The translations under genes and the position numbers were made by a program. A stretch of 64,000 nucleotides of DNA from an uncultured Actinomycetota bacterium (lineage in GTDB: Bacteria > Actinomycetota > Actinomycetes > Actinomycetales > Micrococcaceae): assembly GCA_963807805.1 (NCBI GenBank), contig CAWECX010000008.1, forward strand, positions 110,978 to 174,977, given 5' to 3'. Each line of letters opens with the position of its first letter. Position 1 is the stretch's first letter. A model generated the notes under the pieces. The model had not been told where the DNA came from and did no database searches. It saw nothing but the letters and a program-made list of their open reading frames with translations. This document shows positions 31,390 through 41,032 of this stretch, piece by piece.

Positions 31390-32586
31390 TCAGACCACCT
31401 TGTCCTCGAAACCGGCTCCCCGGTAAAGGTCTTCGAAGGTCTGCAGCGTCCCCTGCATGCTGTGCGGCTCCACCATACGGCGGCTGGCCGCCCCCATCGC
31501 GGCGAGCTCGCCGGCGGGGAGCTGCAGGATCCGGGTGATCTTGCCCGCGAGGTCGTCGCTGTCGTTGGGGGTGAAGAGGAAGCCGTTTTCTCCGTCCTTG
31601 ACCAGGTGCGGCAGCGCCATCGCATCGGCCAGCAGCACCGGCGTGGAAGCGGACATCGCCTCCAGCGTGACCAGGGACTGCAGCTCCGCCGTGCCCGGCA
31701 TGCAGAAGAGGTCCGCCTTGATGTAGGCCTCCCGGAGGTCCTCGTCACTGGCCAGGCCCAGGAACTTCACCCGGTCGCGGAGGCCCAGGCGTTCGACCTG
31801 CGCTTCCAGGGCGGGGCGCACCTCGCCACCGCCAACGATTTCCAGGTGCACATTCAGCTCCGGCGGCGTCTTGGAGACTGCCGCGATCAGCACGTCGACG
31901 TGCTTTTCCTCCGCGAGCCGGCCGGCAAACAGCACCGTGGGATAAGGGTTGCGTTCGATGACCTCACCGGGCTGCAGCTCATAGGCCGAGGAGTCGATGC
32001 CGTTGGAGAGCGGCAGCACTTTACGAAGGAACGCGTGCTGGTGCATCGCCTTGGCCGCCAGCGGAGTCGGGGTGGTCACGACGTCCGCCTGGCCCATGAC
32101 CTTCCCCATGTCCTTCCAGGAGATGCGCCCGATGATGTTTTTGAACCACTGCGGGAACGGCAGGAAGGGATTGAGGTTCTCCGGCATGAAGTGGTTGGTG
32201 GCAACGATCCTGATGCCACGCCTGACCGCCTCGTACAGGACGTGCTCGCCGATCATGTAATGGCTTTGGATATGCACGACATCCGGTTTGACACGGTCGA
32301 AGAGGAGGCTGATTTCCTTCTTGATCTCCCAGGGAAGGCAGATGCGGAAGTATTCATGCGTGAAGACGCCGTGCGAACGGAGCCGGTGGACGGTGGCCTC
32401 GGACCGGAACTCCGTGAAGCTCTTGCCGTCATCGGCACGGCAGGCGAGGACGTGCACGTCGTGGCCGCGTCCGGTCATTCCCTTGGCCAGGCGGTAGCCG
32501 AAGGTGGCGGCACCGTTGATATGCGGCGGATAGGTATCGGCGGCGATCAGGATGGTCAAAGGGCGCTGGTCAGCGGGCGTTGTCAC
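31390..32586 (-). CDS. GT4-family glycosyltransferase
   Basis: ADTYPPHINGA, PDVVHIQS, SNGID, FAGRLAEEK, ELQSLVTLEAM (EX7E). Confidence 0.92.
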   Translation of the reverse strand: MTTPADQRPLTILIAADTYPPHINGAATFGYRLAKGMTGRGHDVHVLACRADDGKSFTEFRSEATVHRLRSHGVFTHEYFRICLPWEIKKEISLLFDRVKPDVVHIQSHYMIGEHVLYEAVRRGIRIVATNHFMPENLNPFLPFPQWFKNIIGRISWKDMGKVMGQADVVTTPTPLAAKAMHQHAFLRKVLPLSNGIDSSAYELQPGEVIERNPYPTVLFAGRLAEEKHVDVLIAAVSKTPPELNVHLEIVGGGEVRPALEAQVERLGLRDRVKFLGLASDEDLREAYIKADLFCMPGTAELQSLVTLEAMSASTPVLLADAMALPHLVKDGENGFLFTPNDSDDLAGKITRILQLPAGELAAMGAASRRMVEPHSMQGTLQTFEDLYRGAGFEDKVV

Positions 32587-32682
32587 GTGGAGAGCTCCTG
32601 GTGGTCTCGGTGCGAGCAGCTGATGCTGACTGCACCGGTCGGCCCCTGGCACGGTAGTGCCGGGCCTCTTAGTGAAAATCGG

Positions 32683-33591
32683 CTAGTGGGACGCCCGGCC
32701 CGCGGCCTTCCGCGCTTCCTTCTTGCGTTTGGTGACCTCGGGATGGTGCCTTGAGAGGGCGATCACCCCAACGATAGCAAGGGAAGCGGCGGTACCCATG
32801 GCAATCGCCATCACGGCGTGGACGTCCGGACGGAGTTCACCCAGGATCACAATTCCGATGGCTATGCCCACGATGGGGTCGATGACCGTCAGACCGGCAA
32901 TGACGAGGTCCGGCGGGCCTCCTGAGTAGGCACTCTGGACGAACCAGGAACCCAGGCCCCCTGCGGCCGCTATGGCTACCACGGAGTACCACTGGACGTT
33001 GAGCAGCACCAGTCCGTTGGGGTCCAGCAGGTGCTTGCCGATGATGCGGGTCAGGACGGCCACAAAGCCGAAGAGGACACCGGCCCCGAGGATATACACG
33101 AAGGCGCTCATCCGGTGCCGGAACATCACAGCCAGGGTCCCGAACACCCCCACCGCCAGGGCCAGCAGCAGCACGATGGTGAGCTCGTCCTCGCGATTGA
33201 CCTGATGGTTCTCCTGGGTGACGTTGACGGCGAGGAGGACGAACAGGGCCGACCCTGCCACGCACGCAGCGATGGACACCATGGTGGCCCTGTTGATGGT
33301 GAGGTCCTGGTCGCGGGCGTTGACGACGGTGGTGATGACCAGGGCGATGGCCCCGATGGGTTGCACCACCGTCAGCGGGGCGGAAACCAGCGCCACGGCG
33401 TTCATGCCCATCCCGACGCACAGCAGGAGCAGGCCAAGCATCCACTTCGGGTTCCTGAGCAGCCGTAGGAACCCGTTGGAGCTCAGGGCAAGGCCGCCGG
33501 TATCTGCCTTGACGGCACTCCCCTGTTTTTGGGCTCCCAGGGCAAGGCAGAATGCACCAAGCACCGCCAGCAGTACGGCAACCCAGACCAT
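32683..33591 (-). CDS. DMT-superfamily membrane transporter
   Basis: About 9 TM helices; LLRNPKWMLG, APLTVVQPIG, LTVIDPIVG. Confidence 0.85.
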   Translation of the reverse strand: MVWVAVLLAVLGAFCLALGAQKQGSAVKADTGGLALSSNGFLRLLRNPKWMLGLLLLCVGMGMNAVALVSAPLTVVQPIGAIALVITTVVNARDQDLTINRATMVSIAACVAGSALFVLLAVNVTQENHQVNREDELTIVLLLALAVGVFGTLAVMFRHRMSAFVYILGAGVLFGFVAVLTRIIGKHLLDPNGLVLLNVQWYSVVAIAAAGGLGSWFVQSAYSGGPPDLVIAGLTVIDPIVGIAIGIVILGELRPDVHAVMAIAMGTAASLAIVGVIALSRHHPEVTKRKKEARKAAGRASH

Positions 33592-34216
33592 CAGGCGGTG
33601 CCGCCGTCGTGATGTGCCTGCATTCTGCCCTTCCGCAGGATGGCCCAGAAGTAGTTGTAGGCCGCGATCCAGTGGCCTGCAAGGCCGAGCCCCAGCACCA
33701 CCCAGGCTCCGATGTGCAGCGCTTCCGCGAGCGGAACGTCAAGCCGGGACAGCACCAGCATGGGAGTCCCCAACAGCAGCAGGCCGGTCCGGACCTTGCC
33801 GATCCGGCTCACGGGCAGGTCAGGGTGGCCGCGGAAAAAGAACAGCGTCAGGACCAGCAGGACAGCGTCAGGGATGACCAGGGCCGCAAGGTAAAGCCAG
33901 TGCACGACGCCGGCGATCACCAGGGTAACGGCCACGGCAATGAGGGCCAGTCGGTCGGCGATCGGGTCCATGACCCGGCCCAGCTTGGATGCCTGGTCGA
34001 AGCGGCGGGCGACGTAGCCGTCCACCCAGTCCGTGCTGGCCATGACGGCCAGCACCAGCACGGCGCCAGCCGTACTCCCGCTGCTGCCAGGACGAGCCAG
34101 ATGAACAGCGGAACACCCATGAAGCGCAGGACTGTCAGGGCGTTGGGGACCGTGAAGACGAGGTCGTGATCGACCTGGGGGCGGCCCGGACGGGAGCCAG
34201 CACCAATGAACTTCAT
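33591..34216 (-). CDS. CDP-alcohol phosphatidyltransferase (PgsA2/cardiolipin synthase-like); frameshift near 34075
   Basis: TVPNALTVLRF; TDWVDGYVARRFDQASKLGRVMDPIADR signature; GKVRT. Confidence 0.9.
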
Positions 34217-34263
34217 CCCGTCCCCCTTTCCTGACAACCTGGTGTGCAGCGCGGCGCGGACAG

Positions 34264-35118
34264 TTAAGGGTTCTTCAGCAGCTTGCGCAGCAGGACCACG
34301 AACACCGCTGCGGCGCCGGCGAAAGCGGCCAGCGGCTTCCAGCGAAGGGCAGGCCCCGATGACCCGGCCGACAACCCTGCGAACTTCTGCGCTGCAGCCG
34401 CCCGGCCCTGGCCGAGCAGGGCCTGGCCTTCCCGCAGCTTTTCTTGCGCAGAGCCCATCAGGTAGCGGACCTGGGGTTTGACGTCGATTTCAGCGCCCAG
34501 TTCGTCACGGACCTCGGTGAGGTGGCGCCGGCGCTGGTCCAGCCGGCGGTGCAGCTCCGGTTCGGAGGCATGCGGGAACTCCTGGTCGTGTGCTTTGGCC
34601 TTGGCTTCCTTCTCTGCCTTGGCCTTGGCGGCGGCCTCGTCCTTGGCAGCCTTGGCGGCTTTGGCCTCCGGGCTGGCGGGATCAAGGACGGCAGGATTGA
34701 AGTCTGAGCCTTCCTTCGCGACGCCGAGGTCGTACTTGATCCCCCGGATGGTTTCCTCCGGGAGCAGCGGCATGGCCTTCTTGAGCTTCCGCATTCCGAT
34801 CAGGCCGCCTACCAGGGCAATCAACAGGAACGCCGCGCAGACCAGCAGCGCTGCCAGCCAGGCGGGCATGATGGTTGCCAGGCCCATGATGGCGGCCACA
34901 ATGAGGCCCACCACCAGGAACGCGGCAAAAACGAGTGCGACGGCGAAGAACGCGGCGGCTACCCCGACCTGGATTCCCTTGCGCTTGAGCTCCACTTTCG
35001 CGAAGGCGATCTCATCGTTCAGCTGGCGGGGGGCCAGACGGAAAAGGAGTTTTAGCGTCCCGGGCAGCGCAGTGATGCGCAGGCCCTGGCTGGTCCGCCC
35101 GCTGTGACGTCCGCTCAT
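34264..35118 (-). CDS. Actinobacterial holin-X-like (DUF1469/YhjD-type) membrane protein
   Basis: DEIAFAKVEL + two TM helices + LPEETI, then a coiled C-terminal extension. Confidence 0.75.
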   Translation of the reverse strand: MSGRHSGRTSQGLRITALPGTLKLLFRLAPRQLNDEIAFAKVELKRKGIQVGVAAAFFAVALVFAAFLVVGLIVAAIMGLATIMPAWLAALLVCAAFLLIALVGGLIGMRKLKKAMPLLPEETIRGIKYDLGVAKEGSDFNPAVLDPASPEAKAAKAAKDEAAAKAKAEKEAKAKAHDQEFPHASEPELHRRLDQRRRHLTEVRDELGAEIDVKPQVRYLMGSAQEKLREGQALLGQGRAAAAQKFAGLSAGSSGPALRWKPLAAFAGAAAVFVVLLRKLLKNP

Positions 35119-35296
35119 CGGTTCCGCCTAACTGGTTGCATGGTCGATTTGGCTTCCGTGGGCTGCGGAGAGTGCAACTGCACAGTCCACGCCCACAAAA
35201 CTATCATTCAGGTTCAGGCGGAACTTCGGGTCAGGCGGTGCGGCGTGCCCTTCAACGCTGTAAATGTTGACCCGTTCCCGCCTAGGATTGGTCTCC

Positions 35297-36520
35297 GTGA
35301 CCATACCCGCCAATCCGGGCGACCTGCTGACCCGCCGCCGGAAGCTCCTGTACATCCTCCTGCTCGGTGCCCTCACCGCGCTGGGCCCGTTCACTATCGA
35401 CCTGTACCTGCCGGCGTTTCCCGCCCTGGAAGCGAGCCTTGGCGTTACGGAAGCCCAGGTCCAGCTGACCCTGGCCGGGACCACAATCGGCTTTGCCCTC
35501 GGCCAGTTGGTGGTGGGACCCCTCAGCGACAAGTTCGGACGAAGGCTGCCCCTCATCCTGGCCACGGCCCTCCATATCGCTGCCTCTGCGGGCGCGGCGT
35601 TATCCACGGATATCGCCACCCTGGGCTTCTTCCGTGTCCTGATGGGCGTGGGTGCCGCCGGCGGTGGCGTGGTGGCCATGGCCATGGTCCGCGACCTCTT
35701 CTCCGGTTATGCGATGGTGCGGATGTTCTCCCGGATGGCACTGGTGAACGGCCTGGCACCCATCCTCGCCCCGGTCATAGGATCCCAGCTGCTCCTGGTC
35801 ATGCCATGGCCCGGGATCTTTGTGTTCCTGGCCGGCTACGGGACCCTGGTGATCATCGCGGCGCTGTTCCTGGTCCGCGAGACACTGCCGCCGGAGAAGC
35901 GCGGCCAGTCCGGCCTGACGGCATCCCAGCGGTACAAGGAGCTGTTCAGCGACCGGATCTTCGTAGGACTGCTGATGCTGGGCGGCATGAACTTCGCCGG
36001 ACTCTTCACCTACCTTTCGGCCTCGCCGTTCCTCTTCCAGGACGTCTTCGGGTTCTCGCCCCAGGAGTACGGCCTGCTGTTCGGGATCAATTCCCTGGGC
36101 ATCGTGGCCGGCGTGCAAACCAGCTCGCGGCTGATCAGGCGGGTTCCGCCGCAGTGGATCCTCGCCTGCTCCACGGCGTGGATGTTCCTGATGTCCTTGC
36201 TCATCGTGCTTTTCGACCAGATGGGGCTGGGCCTCTGGGGTGTCATGGTGCCTCTGTGGTTCTACATCCTCGGGACGGGTTTCACCTTCCCGTGCGTCCA
36301 GGTCCTGGCGCTGGCCAGCCACGGGGACAAGGCAGGTACGGCAGCTTCGCTGCTGGGCGCCGCGACGTTCATGATGGCCGGTCTGATCTCCCCGGTGGTG
36401 GGATGGCTGGGCATCGGGTCCGCGACGCCGATGGGCGCGGTGCAGGCGGCCTGTATCCTGCTGGCGATTGCAGCCCTGTGGCTGGTGGTCCGGCCGAAGA
36501 CTGTCCCCTCCATCGCGTGA
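35297..36520 (+). CDS. Bcr/CflA-family MFS efflux transporter
   Basis: LGPFTIDLYLPAFP, GPLSDKFGRR, AMVRDLF, ETLP; TAGGAT 8 nt before GTG. Confidence 0.93.
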   Translation: MTIPANPGDLLTRRRKLLYILLLGALTALGPFTIDLYLPAFPALEASLGVTEAQVQLTLAGTTIGFALGQLVVGPLSDKFGRRLPLILATALHIAASAGAALSTDIATLGFFRVLMGVGAAGGGVVAMAMVRDLFSGYAMVRMFSRMALVNGLAPILAPVIGSQLLLVMPWPGIFVFLAGYGTLVIIAALFLVRETLPPEKRGQSGLTASQRYKELFSDRIFVGLLMLGGMNFAGLFTYLSASPFLFQDVFGFSPQEYGLLFGINSLGIVAGVQTSSRLIRRVPPQWILACSTAWMFLMSLLIVLFDQMGLGLWGVMVPLWFYILGTGFTFPCVQVLALASHGDKAGTAASLLGAATFMMAGLISPVVGWLGIGSATPMGAVQAACILLAIAALWLVVRPKTVPSIA

Positions 36521-36576
36521 GTACCCAGCGCTGGAGACCGGTGTGGGCCACCTGGGGGCGGCAGTAGGGTGGGACG

Positions 36577-36756
36577 ATGAAACGCAGGCTGCACCGTAAC
36601 TCGAGGGGGCTTTTCCTCGGCGCCGTCCTGGGCGCCGTCGCCGGCTATTTCGCAGGGCGCGCGCTGGGCAGCCCGGCTTTCGGAATCATCCTCGGCGCGC
36701 TGGCCGGGGCCGCACTGCTGTACCGCGTCAATCCCGGTCCGCGGGACCGCCCCTGA
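36577..36756 (+). CDS. Small (59 aa) glycine-zipper-like membrane protein, absent from the ORF track
   Basis: MKRRLHRNSRGLFLGAVLGAVAGYFAGRALGSPAFGIILGALAGAALLYRVNPGPRDRP; TAGGGT 6 nt before ATG. Confidence 0.72.
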   Translation: MKRRLHRNSRGLFLGAVLGAVAGYFAGRALGSPAFGIILGALAGAALLYRVNPGPRDRP

Positions 36757-36889
36757 CCTTGCCCTGCCTGCAGCAGCCCGGCAGTAGCCCGGGACCGTGC
36801 CTGCGGGACCGGGCCCGCAGGAGAGTGCCCGCAGGACCTGCAGCATTGGGACCTGCCGCTGAGGACGTGTCCCGGGATAAAATATTCCC

Positions 36890-37297
36890 GTGCCCAGCTG
36901 GCAGGATCAACCGCCACTTCCGGCCACGTGGCAACGGTGCGATTCCGGCATTTTGCCTCTGTGGTGGGAACGTCTGTGTGCGCAGACCGGTGAACAGTCC
37001 GCCGCACTGTACGCGGCAGGGCTCTTCACCGAGGACCGGCGCCGGCCGATCGCCCAGTGGTTCAACCCCGCCTTCAACGCAGCACTGCTTGTAGCGCCCG
37101 AGACGTCCCCCGAGTGGCCTGTCCAGCGCTTCGGCATTTTCTACGCGCCGCCGGACTCGGGCTTCACGCGCGTGTATTCCGCCCCGCACGAGTGGCATCC
37201 GCGTGAACCGCGTAAGTCCCCTACCGAGCGCGAAGCCTTCCTGGCGGCCATCGCCGAGGCAGAGCGCTTCCTGCAGGTGGAAATGGATTTCGTCTAG
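36890..37297 (+). CDS. Hypothetical protein (135 aa, Trp-rich)
   Basis: TAAAAT 6 nt before GTG; non-shadow amino-acid composition; ends before the tRNA terminator. Confidence 0.7.
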   Translation: MPSWQDQPPLPATWQRCDSGILPLWWERLCAQTGEQSAALYAAGLFTEDRRRPIAQWFNPAFNAALLVAPETSPEWPVQRFGIFYAPPDSGFTRVYSAPHEWHPREPRKSPTEREAFLAAIAEAERFLQVEMDFV

Positions 37298-37334
37298 GCG
37301 CGGTCAAGGGTGGCAGCGCCGTGCCTCGGGACAG

Positions 37335-37371
37335 AAAAAATCCCCGCCCCAGGGAAGGGGACGGGGATTTT
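37335..37371 (-). terminator. Terminator after tRNA-Asn (likely bidirectional)
   Basis: AAAAAATCCCCGCCCC...GGGGACGGGGATTTT. Confidence 0.8.
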
Positions 37372-37381
37372 CCGGTGTTTG

Positions 37382-37454
37382 CTCCTCCTGCTGGACTTGA
37401 ACCAGCAACCCTTCGATTAACAGTCGAATGCTCTGCCAATTGAGCTAAGGAGGA
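37382..37454 (-). tRNA. tRNA-Asn (GTT)
   Basis: TCCTCCTTAGCTCAATTGGCAGAGCATTCGACT-GTT-AATCGAAGGGTTGCTGGTTCAAGTCCAGCAGGAGGAG. Confidence 0.97.
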
Positions 37455-37538
37455 ATGAAGCAGGTACGACATTAGCAAACGTTTCAGGGGAATGGGAAAT
37501 CGGCGGCCGAGCTCTCCGGCAATACCCGCCCCGGGTAT

Positions 37539-37575
37539 AAAAAAGTCCCCGTCCCGGTGACCCGGAACGGGGACT
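37539..37575 (-). terminator. Terminator between the two tRNA-Asn genes
   Basis: AAAAAAGTCCCCGTCCCGG-TGAC-CCGGAACGGGGACT. Confidence 0.8.
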
Positions 37576-37580
37576 GTACG

Positions 37581-37653
37581 CTCCTCCTGCTGGACTTGAA
37601 CCAGCAACCCTTCGATTAACAGTCGAATGCTCTGCCAATTGAGCTAAGGAGGA
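37581..37653 (-). tRNA. tRNA-Asn (GTT), identical second copy
   Basis: Same 73-nt sequence as 37382..37454. Confidence 0.97.
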
Positions 37654-37763
37654 ATGAAGCGGGTACAAGCCTAGCAAGGCCCCGCGGGGAAGTGAAATCG
37701 GCAAGCAGCCCCGTCCGTCGAAGGGTCCGCCGAACAACCCGCCAGGGCTCACCTCCCAGGGAT

Positions 37764-39689
37764 TCAGGCGTCCGAACGCAACGCCCGGCGTTCCATCTCC
37801 AGCATCATGAGTTCGCGGTTCAGCCGCTGGAAATCTTCGGGGTTGGCGGCGGGATCCAGTCGCTGCAGCTGCCCCATCTTGTCAGCCTTCACCCGGGTGA
37901 TCTGCAGCTCGAACAGTCGTGAGAGGATGTCGCGGCAGTATTTCTGGACCGCCTCTTCAGTGCTGGCCGGCAGGGGCACTACGGCAAGTTCCGAAACCAG
38001 CGGGCGAAGGGGCTCCGGGACCTCATGCATGACCTGCTCCACCCACCGGACAGGGTCAGCGATGAGCGCGGGGCCCGAGGCACGCATGCCGTCGTGGATG
38101 GCCTGGAATGCCGGTGTGACGAACCGTGCGGCTGAGAAACGCTCCCAGATGCCGCCACCGAGCAATGCGGGCTCCTGGAGGGCAACCTCGATCGCCTGGC
38201 GTTCCATGGACGCCACCGGGTCGCGGGGGTCGGGCCGGTGGTAGGACGGAACGGCTCCCGACGCCGGTCCGGCAGCTACGCCGGGCCCGCCCGGTTCCGC
38301 CGGCGGCCCCGAGGACGCGGGACTGCCGGCGGACCTGTGCGGGGCCTGCGGGCCTGCCGCGGCACGCTTCATCTCGACGGCGACCGCCCTGCTGACGTCC
38401 TCCACGGACATGCCGAGCCACCCGGCGAGTTCCCGCGCGTAGGCGGGCCTGATGCCGGCGTCGCGGATCTGTGCCACGACGGGAGCCGATTCGCGCAGCG
38501 CCGCCACACGCCCCTCTACGGTGTCCAGGTTGTGCCGCTTCAGCGTGGCCCGGATGGCAAATTCGAAGAGTGGCCGGCGGGTGTTGATGAGGTCGCGGAC
38601 CGCCGCGTCTCCCCTGGTTTGGCGCAGGTCGCAGGGATCTGCGCCGGTGGGCTCCACCGCCACGTACGTCTGCGCGGTGAAGCGCTGGTCCTCTTCGAAG
38701 GCCCGCAGGGCCGCCTTCTGGCCGGCGGCGTCGCCGTCGAACGTGAAGATGACCTCTCCCCCGGTGCCGTCGTCAGACAGCAGGCGGCGGGCTATCTTGA
38801 TGTGCTCGGTGCCGAACGCGGTGCCGCAGGTGGCCACCGCCGTCGGAATTCCCGCCAGGTGGCACGCCATCACGTCCGTGTAGCCTTCCACCACCACGAG
38901 CTGGCGGTCCTTGGCGATGTTCCGTTTGGCGAGGTCGATCCCGTAGAGCACCTGGGACTTCTTGTAGAGCGTGGTCTCCGGGGTATTGAGGTACTTGGGG
39001 CCCTGGTCGTCCTCGTAAAGCTTGCGGGCGCCGAACCCGATGGTGTCTCCGGCGATGTCACGGATAGGCCAGATGAGGCGGCCACGGAAGCGGTCATAGA
39101 TCCCCCGGTTGCCTTCGGAGAACATACCCGTGAGTTTGAGTTCCTGGTCAGTGAACCCGCGGCCGCGCAGGTGTTTCAGGAGAGCATCCCAGCCCTGCGG
39201 GGCGTAGCCGACGCCGAACTGTTCCGCGGCGGCGCGGTCGAAGCCGCGCCCGTGCAGGAAGCTGCGGCCCTCGGCAGCCCCGGGGGTCAGAAGCTGCGCA
39301 CGGAAGAATTCGTCTGCGATCTTGTGGGCATCCAGGAGCCGCTGCCGCTTGCCGACTTCTTCGCGGTTGGGCCCGGTGCCGCCATCTTCGTAGCGCAGCT
39401 CGTAGCCGATGCGCGCAGCCAGCTTTTCCACCGCTTCGTGGAAGGAGGTGTGGTCCTGCTTCTGGACAAAGGCAATGACATCGCCGTCCTCTCCACAGCC
39501 GAAGCAGTGGTACCGGCCCACCTGGGGGCGGACCGTGAACGAGGGCGAGCGTTCGTCATGGAAAGGGCACAGGCCCTTGTAGGTTCCCAGGCCGGCACCC
39601 TTGAGCGTGACGTAACCGTCAACGACTTCCTTGATGTCCGTGCGCTGGCGTACTTCGTCAATATCTTCACGTTTGATCAGGCCAGCCAC
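37764..39689 (-). CDS. dnaG: DNA primase
   Basis: CPFHDERSPSF zinc finger, KYLNTPET, Toprim VEGYTDV and FTFDGDAAG. Confidence 0.98.
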   Translation of the reverse strand: MAGLIKREDIDEVRQRTDIKEVVDGYVTLKGAGLGTYKGLCPFHDERSPSFTVRPQVGRYHCFGCGEDGDVIAFVQKQDHTSFHEAVEKLAARIGYELRYEDGGTGPNREEVGKRQRLLDAHKIADEFFRAQLLTPGAAEGRSFLHGRGFDRAAAEQFGVGYAPQGWDALLKHLRGRGFTDQELKLTGMFSEGNRGIYDRFRGRLIWPIRDIAGDTIGFGARKLYEDDQGPKYLNTPETTLYKKSQVLYGIDLAKRNIAKDRQLVVVEGYTDVMACHLAGIPTAVATCGTAFGTEHIKIARRLLSDDGTGGEVIFTFDGDAAGQKAALRAFEEDQRFTAQTYVAVEPTGADPCDLRQTRGDAAVRDLINTRRPLFEFAIRATLKRHNLDTVEGRVAALRESAPVVAQIRDAGIRPAYARELAGWLGMSVEDVSRAVAVEMKRAAAGPQAPHRSAGSPASSGPPAEPGGPGVAAGPASGAVPSYHRPDPRDPVASMERQAIEVALQEPALLGGGIWERFSAARFVTPAFQAIHDGMRASGPALIADPVRWVEQVMHEVPEPLRPLVSELAVVPLPASTEEAVQKYCRDILSRLFELQITRVKADKMGQLQRLDPAANPEDFQRLNRELMMLEMERRALRSDA

Positions 39690-39741
39690 AAAGCCATCCT
39701 AGTCCCGGCCACAGGCAGGGAAGGGTTCGCTATGGCATTGC

Positions 39742-41032
39742 TCACCACAGCGACGGCAGGCTCCCGACGAGCCGTTCGTACATGGCCAGCGCCGAGCCGT
39801 CCGTCAGCGACGCGACCTGGTCGATGACCACCCGAAGCCGTGCGCCGTCGTCGGCCGCATCCCGCCAGTCCGCTGCGAACATCGGTTCGAGGTGGCGGTC
39901 ACCGGTGGCGCTCAGCGCAGTGACCAGCGAGTGCAGCACTTCGCGCTGGCGCTCGTAGATGGGCTGGCGGTGTTCGGTGGTCATCACGAACGTGGTGGCC
40001 AGGCCCTTCATCACCGCGATCTCCATGACGGTCTCATCCGGGACCATCAGCTCGGCGTTGTAGCGGGTCAGGTTTTCGGGACCGTAGAGGGCGCGGGTGG
40101 CTTCGAGCGCACTTTGGCAGAACCGGCCGATCAGCTGGCTGGTCATGTCCTTCAGGGCGGCCATGGCCTTGCGGCTGCCATCGGCTTCCCTGACCCAGAC
40201 GTCAGTGGCTTCAAGCCGGGCCAGGGCAGCGTCGATGGCGGCGGGATCGTTGTGCGGCAGGTACCACTGCTTGGCGTAGCCCACCACCCGCGCGCGGTGG
40301 TCCGGGTTGTCCATCCAGCGCAGCTGGAAATGCCCGGCCACGATCGCGTCCTCAACATCGTGCACGGAGTAGGAGATGTCGTCTGCAAGGTCCATGACCT
40401 GGGCCTCCAGGCAGGAACGCCGCTCCGGTGCGCCCTCACGGATCCAGTTGAAGATGGGGAGATCGTCCTCGTAGGCGCCGAACTTGCTGGTCCGCTGGCC
40501 GTGGATGACCGGCGCTTCCAGGGCGGACCAGGGGTATTTGGCGGCTGCGTCGAGGCTGGCCCTGGTGAGGTTGAGTCCGGCGGGCCGTCCGTCAGGGGCA
40601 AGGACTTTGGGTTCCAGCCGCGTGAGGAGGCGCAGGGTCTGGGCGTTGCCCTCGAAGCCGCCGATGGCATGGGCCACCTCGTTCAGGGCGGACTCGCCGT
40701 TGTGCCCGAACGGGCGGGTGCCCGAGGTCATGGCTCAGGCACGCGGTATCCACGACGTCGGGGTCGCAGCCCAGGGCGCGGCCCAGCTCACGGCCTACCT
40801 GCGCCACCTCCAGGCTGTGGGTCAGCCGGGTGCGGACGAAGTCGTCGGTGTCCGGGGCCACCACCTGGGTTTTGGCACCCAGCCGGCGCAGTGCCGAGGA
40901 ATGGAGCACCCGGGCACGGTCCCGCTCGAAGTCCGAGCGGTAGGTGTTCTTCGGCGGCTCCTCCACCCAGCGGGCGGAGTCGTGGGGCTCATAGCCGGGC
41001 AGGACCGGTGCGGTGGTGCGCGTTTCAGCCAC
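39742..41032 (-). CDS. dgt: dGTP triphosphohydrolase; frameshift near 40715
   Basis: [53 protein letters not shown]. Confidence 0.93.

Noticed and set aside
34264-35118. Prophage lysis gene (holin)
   Set aside because: Holin-X-like genes are usually chromosomal in Actinobacteria; no endolysin, integrase or structural genes nearby
31238-37653. Genomic island bounded by tRNAs
   Set aside because: No integrase, no partial tRNA 3'-end duplication, no obvious composition shift; both tRNA-Asn copies are complete
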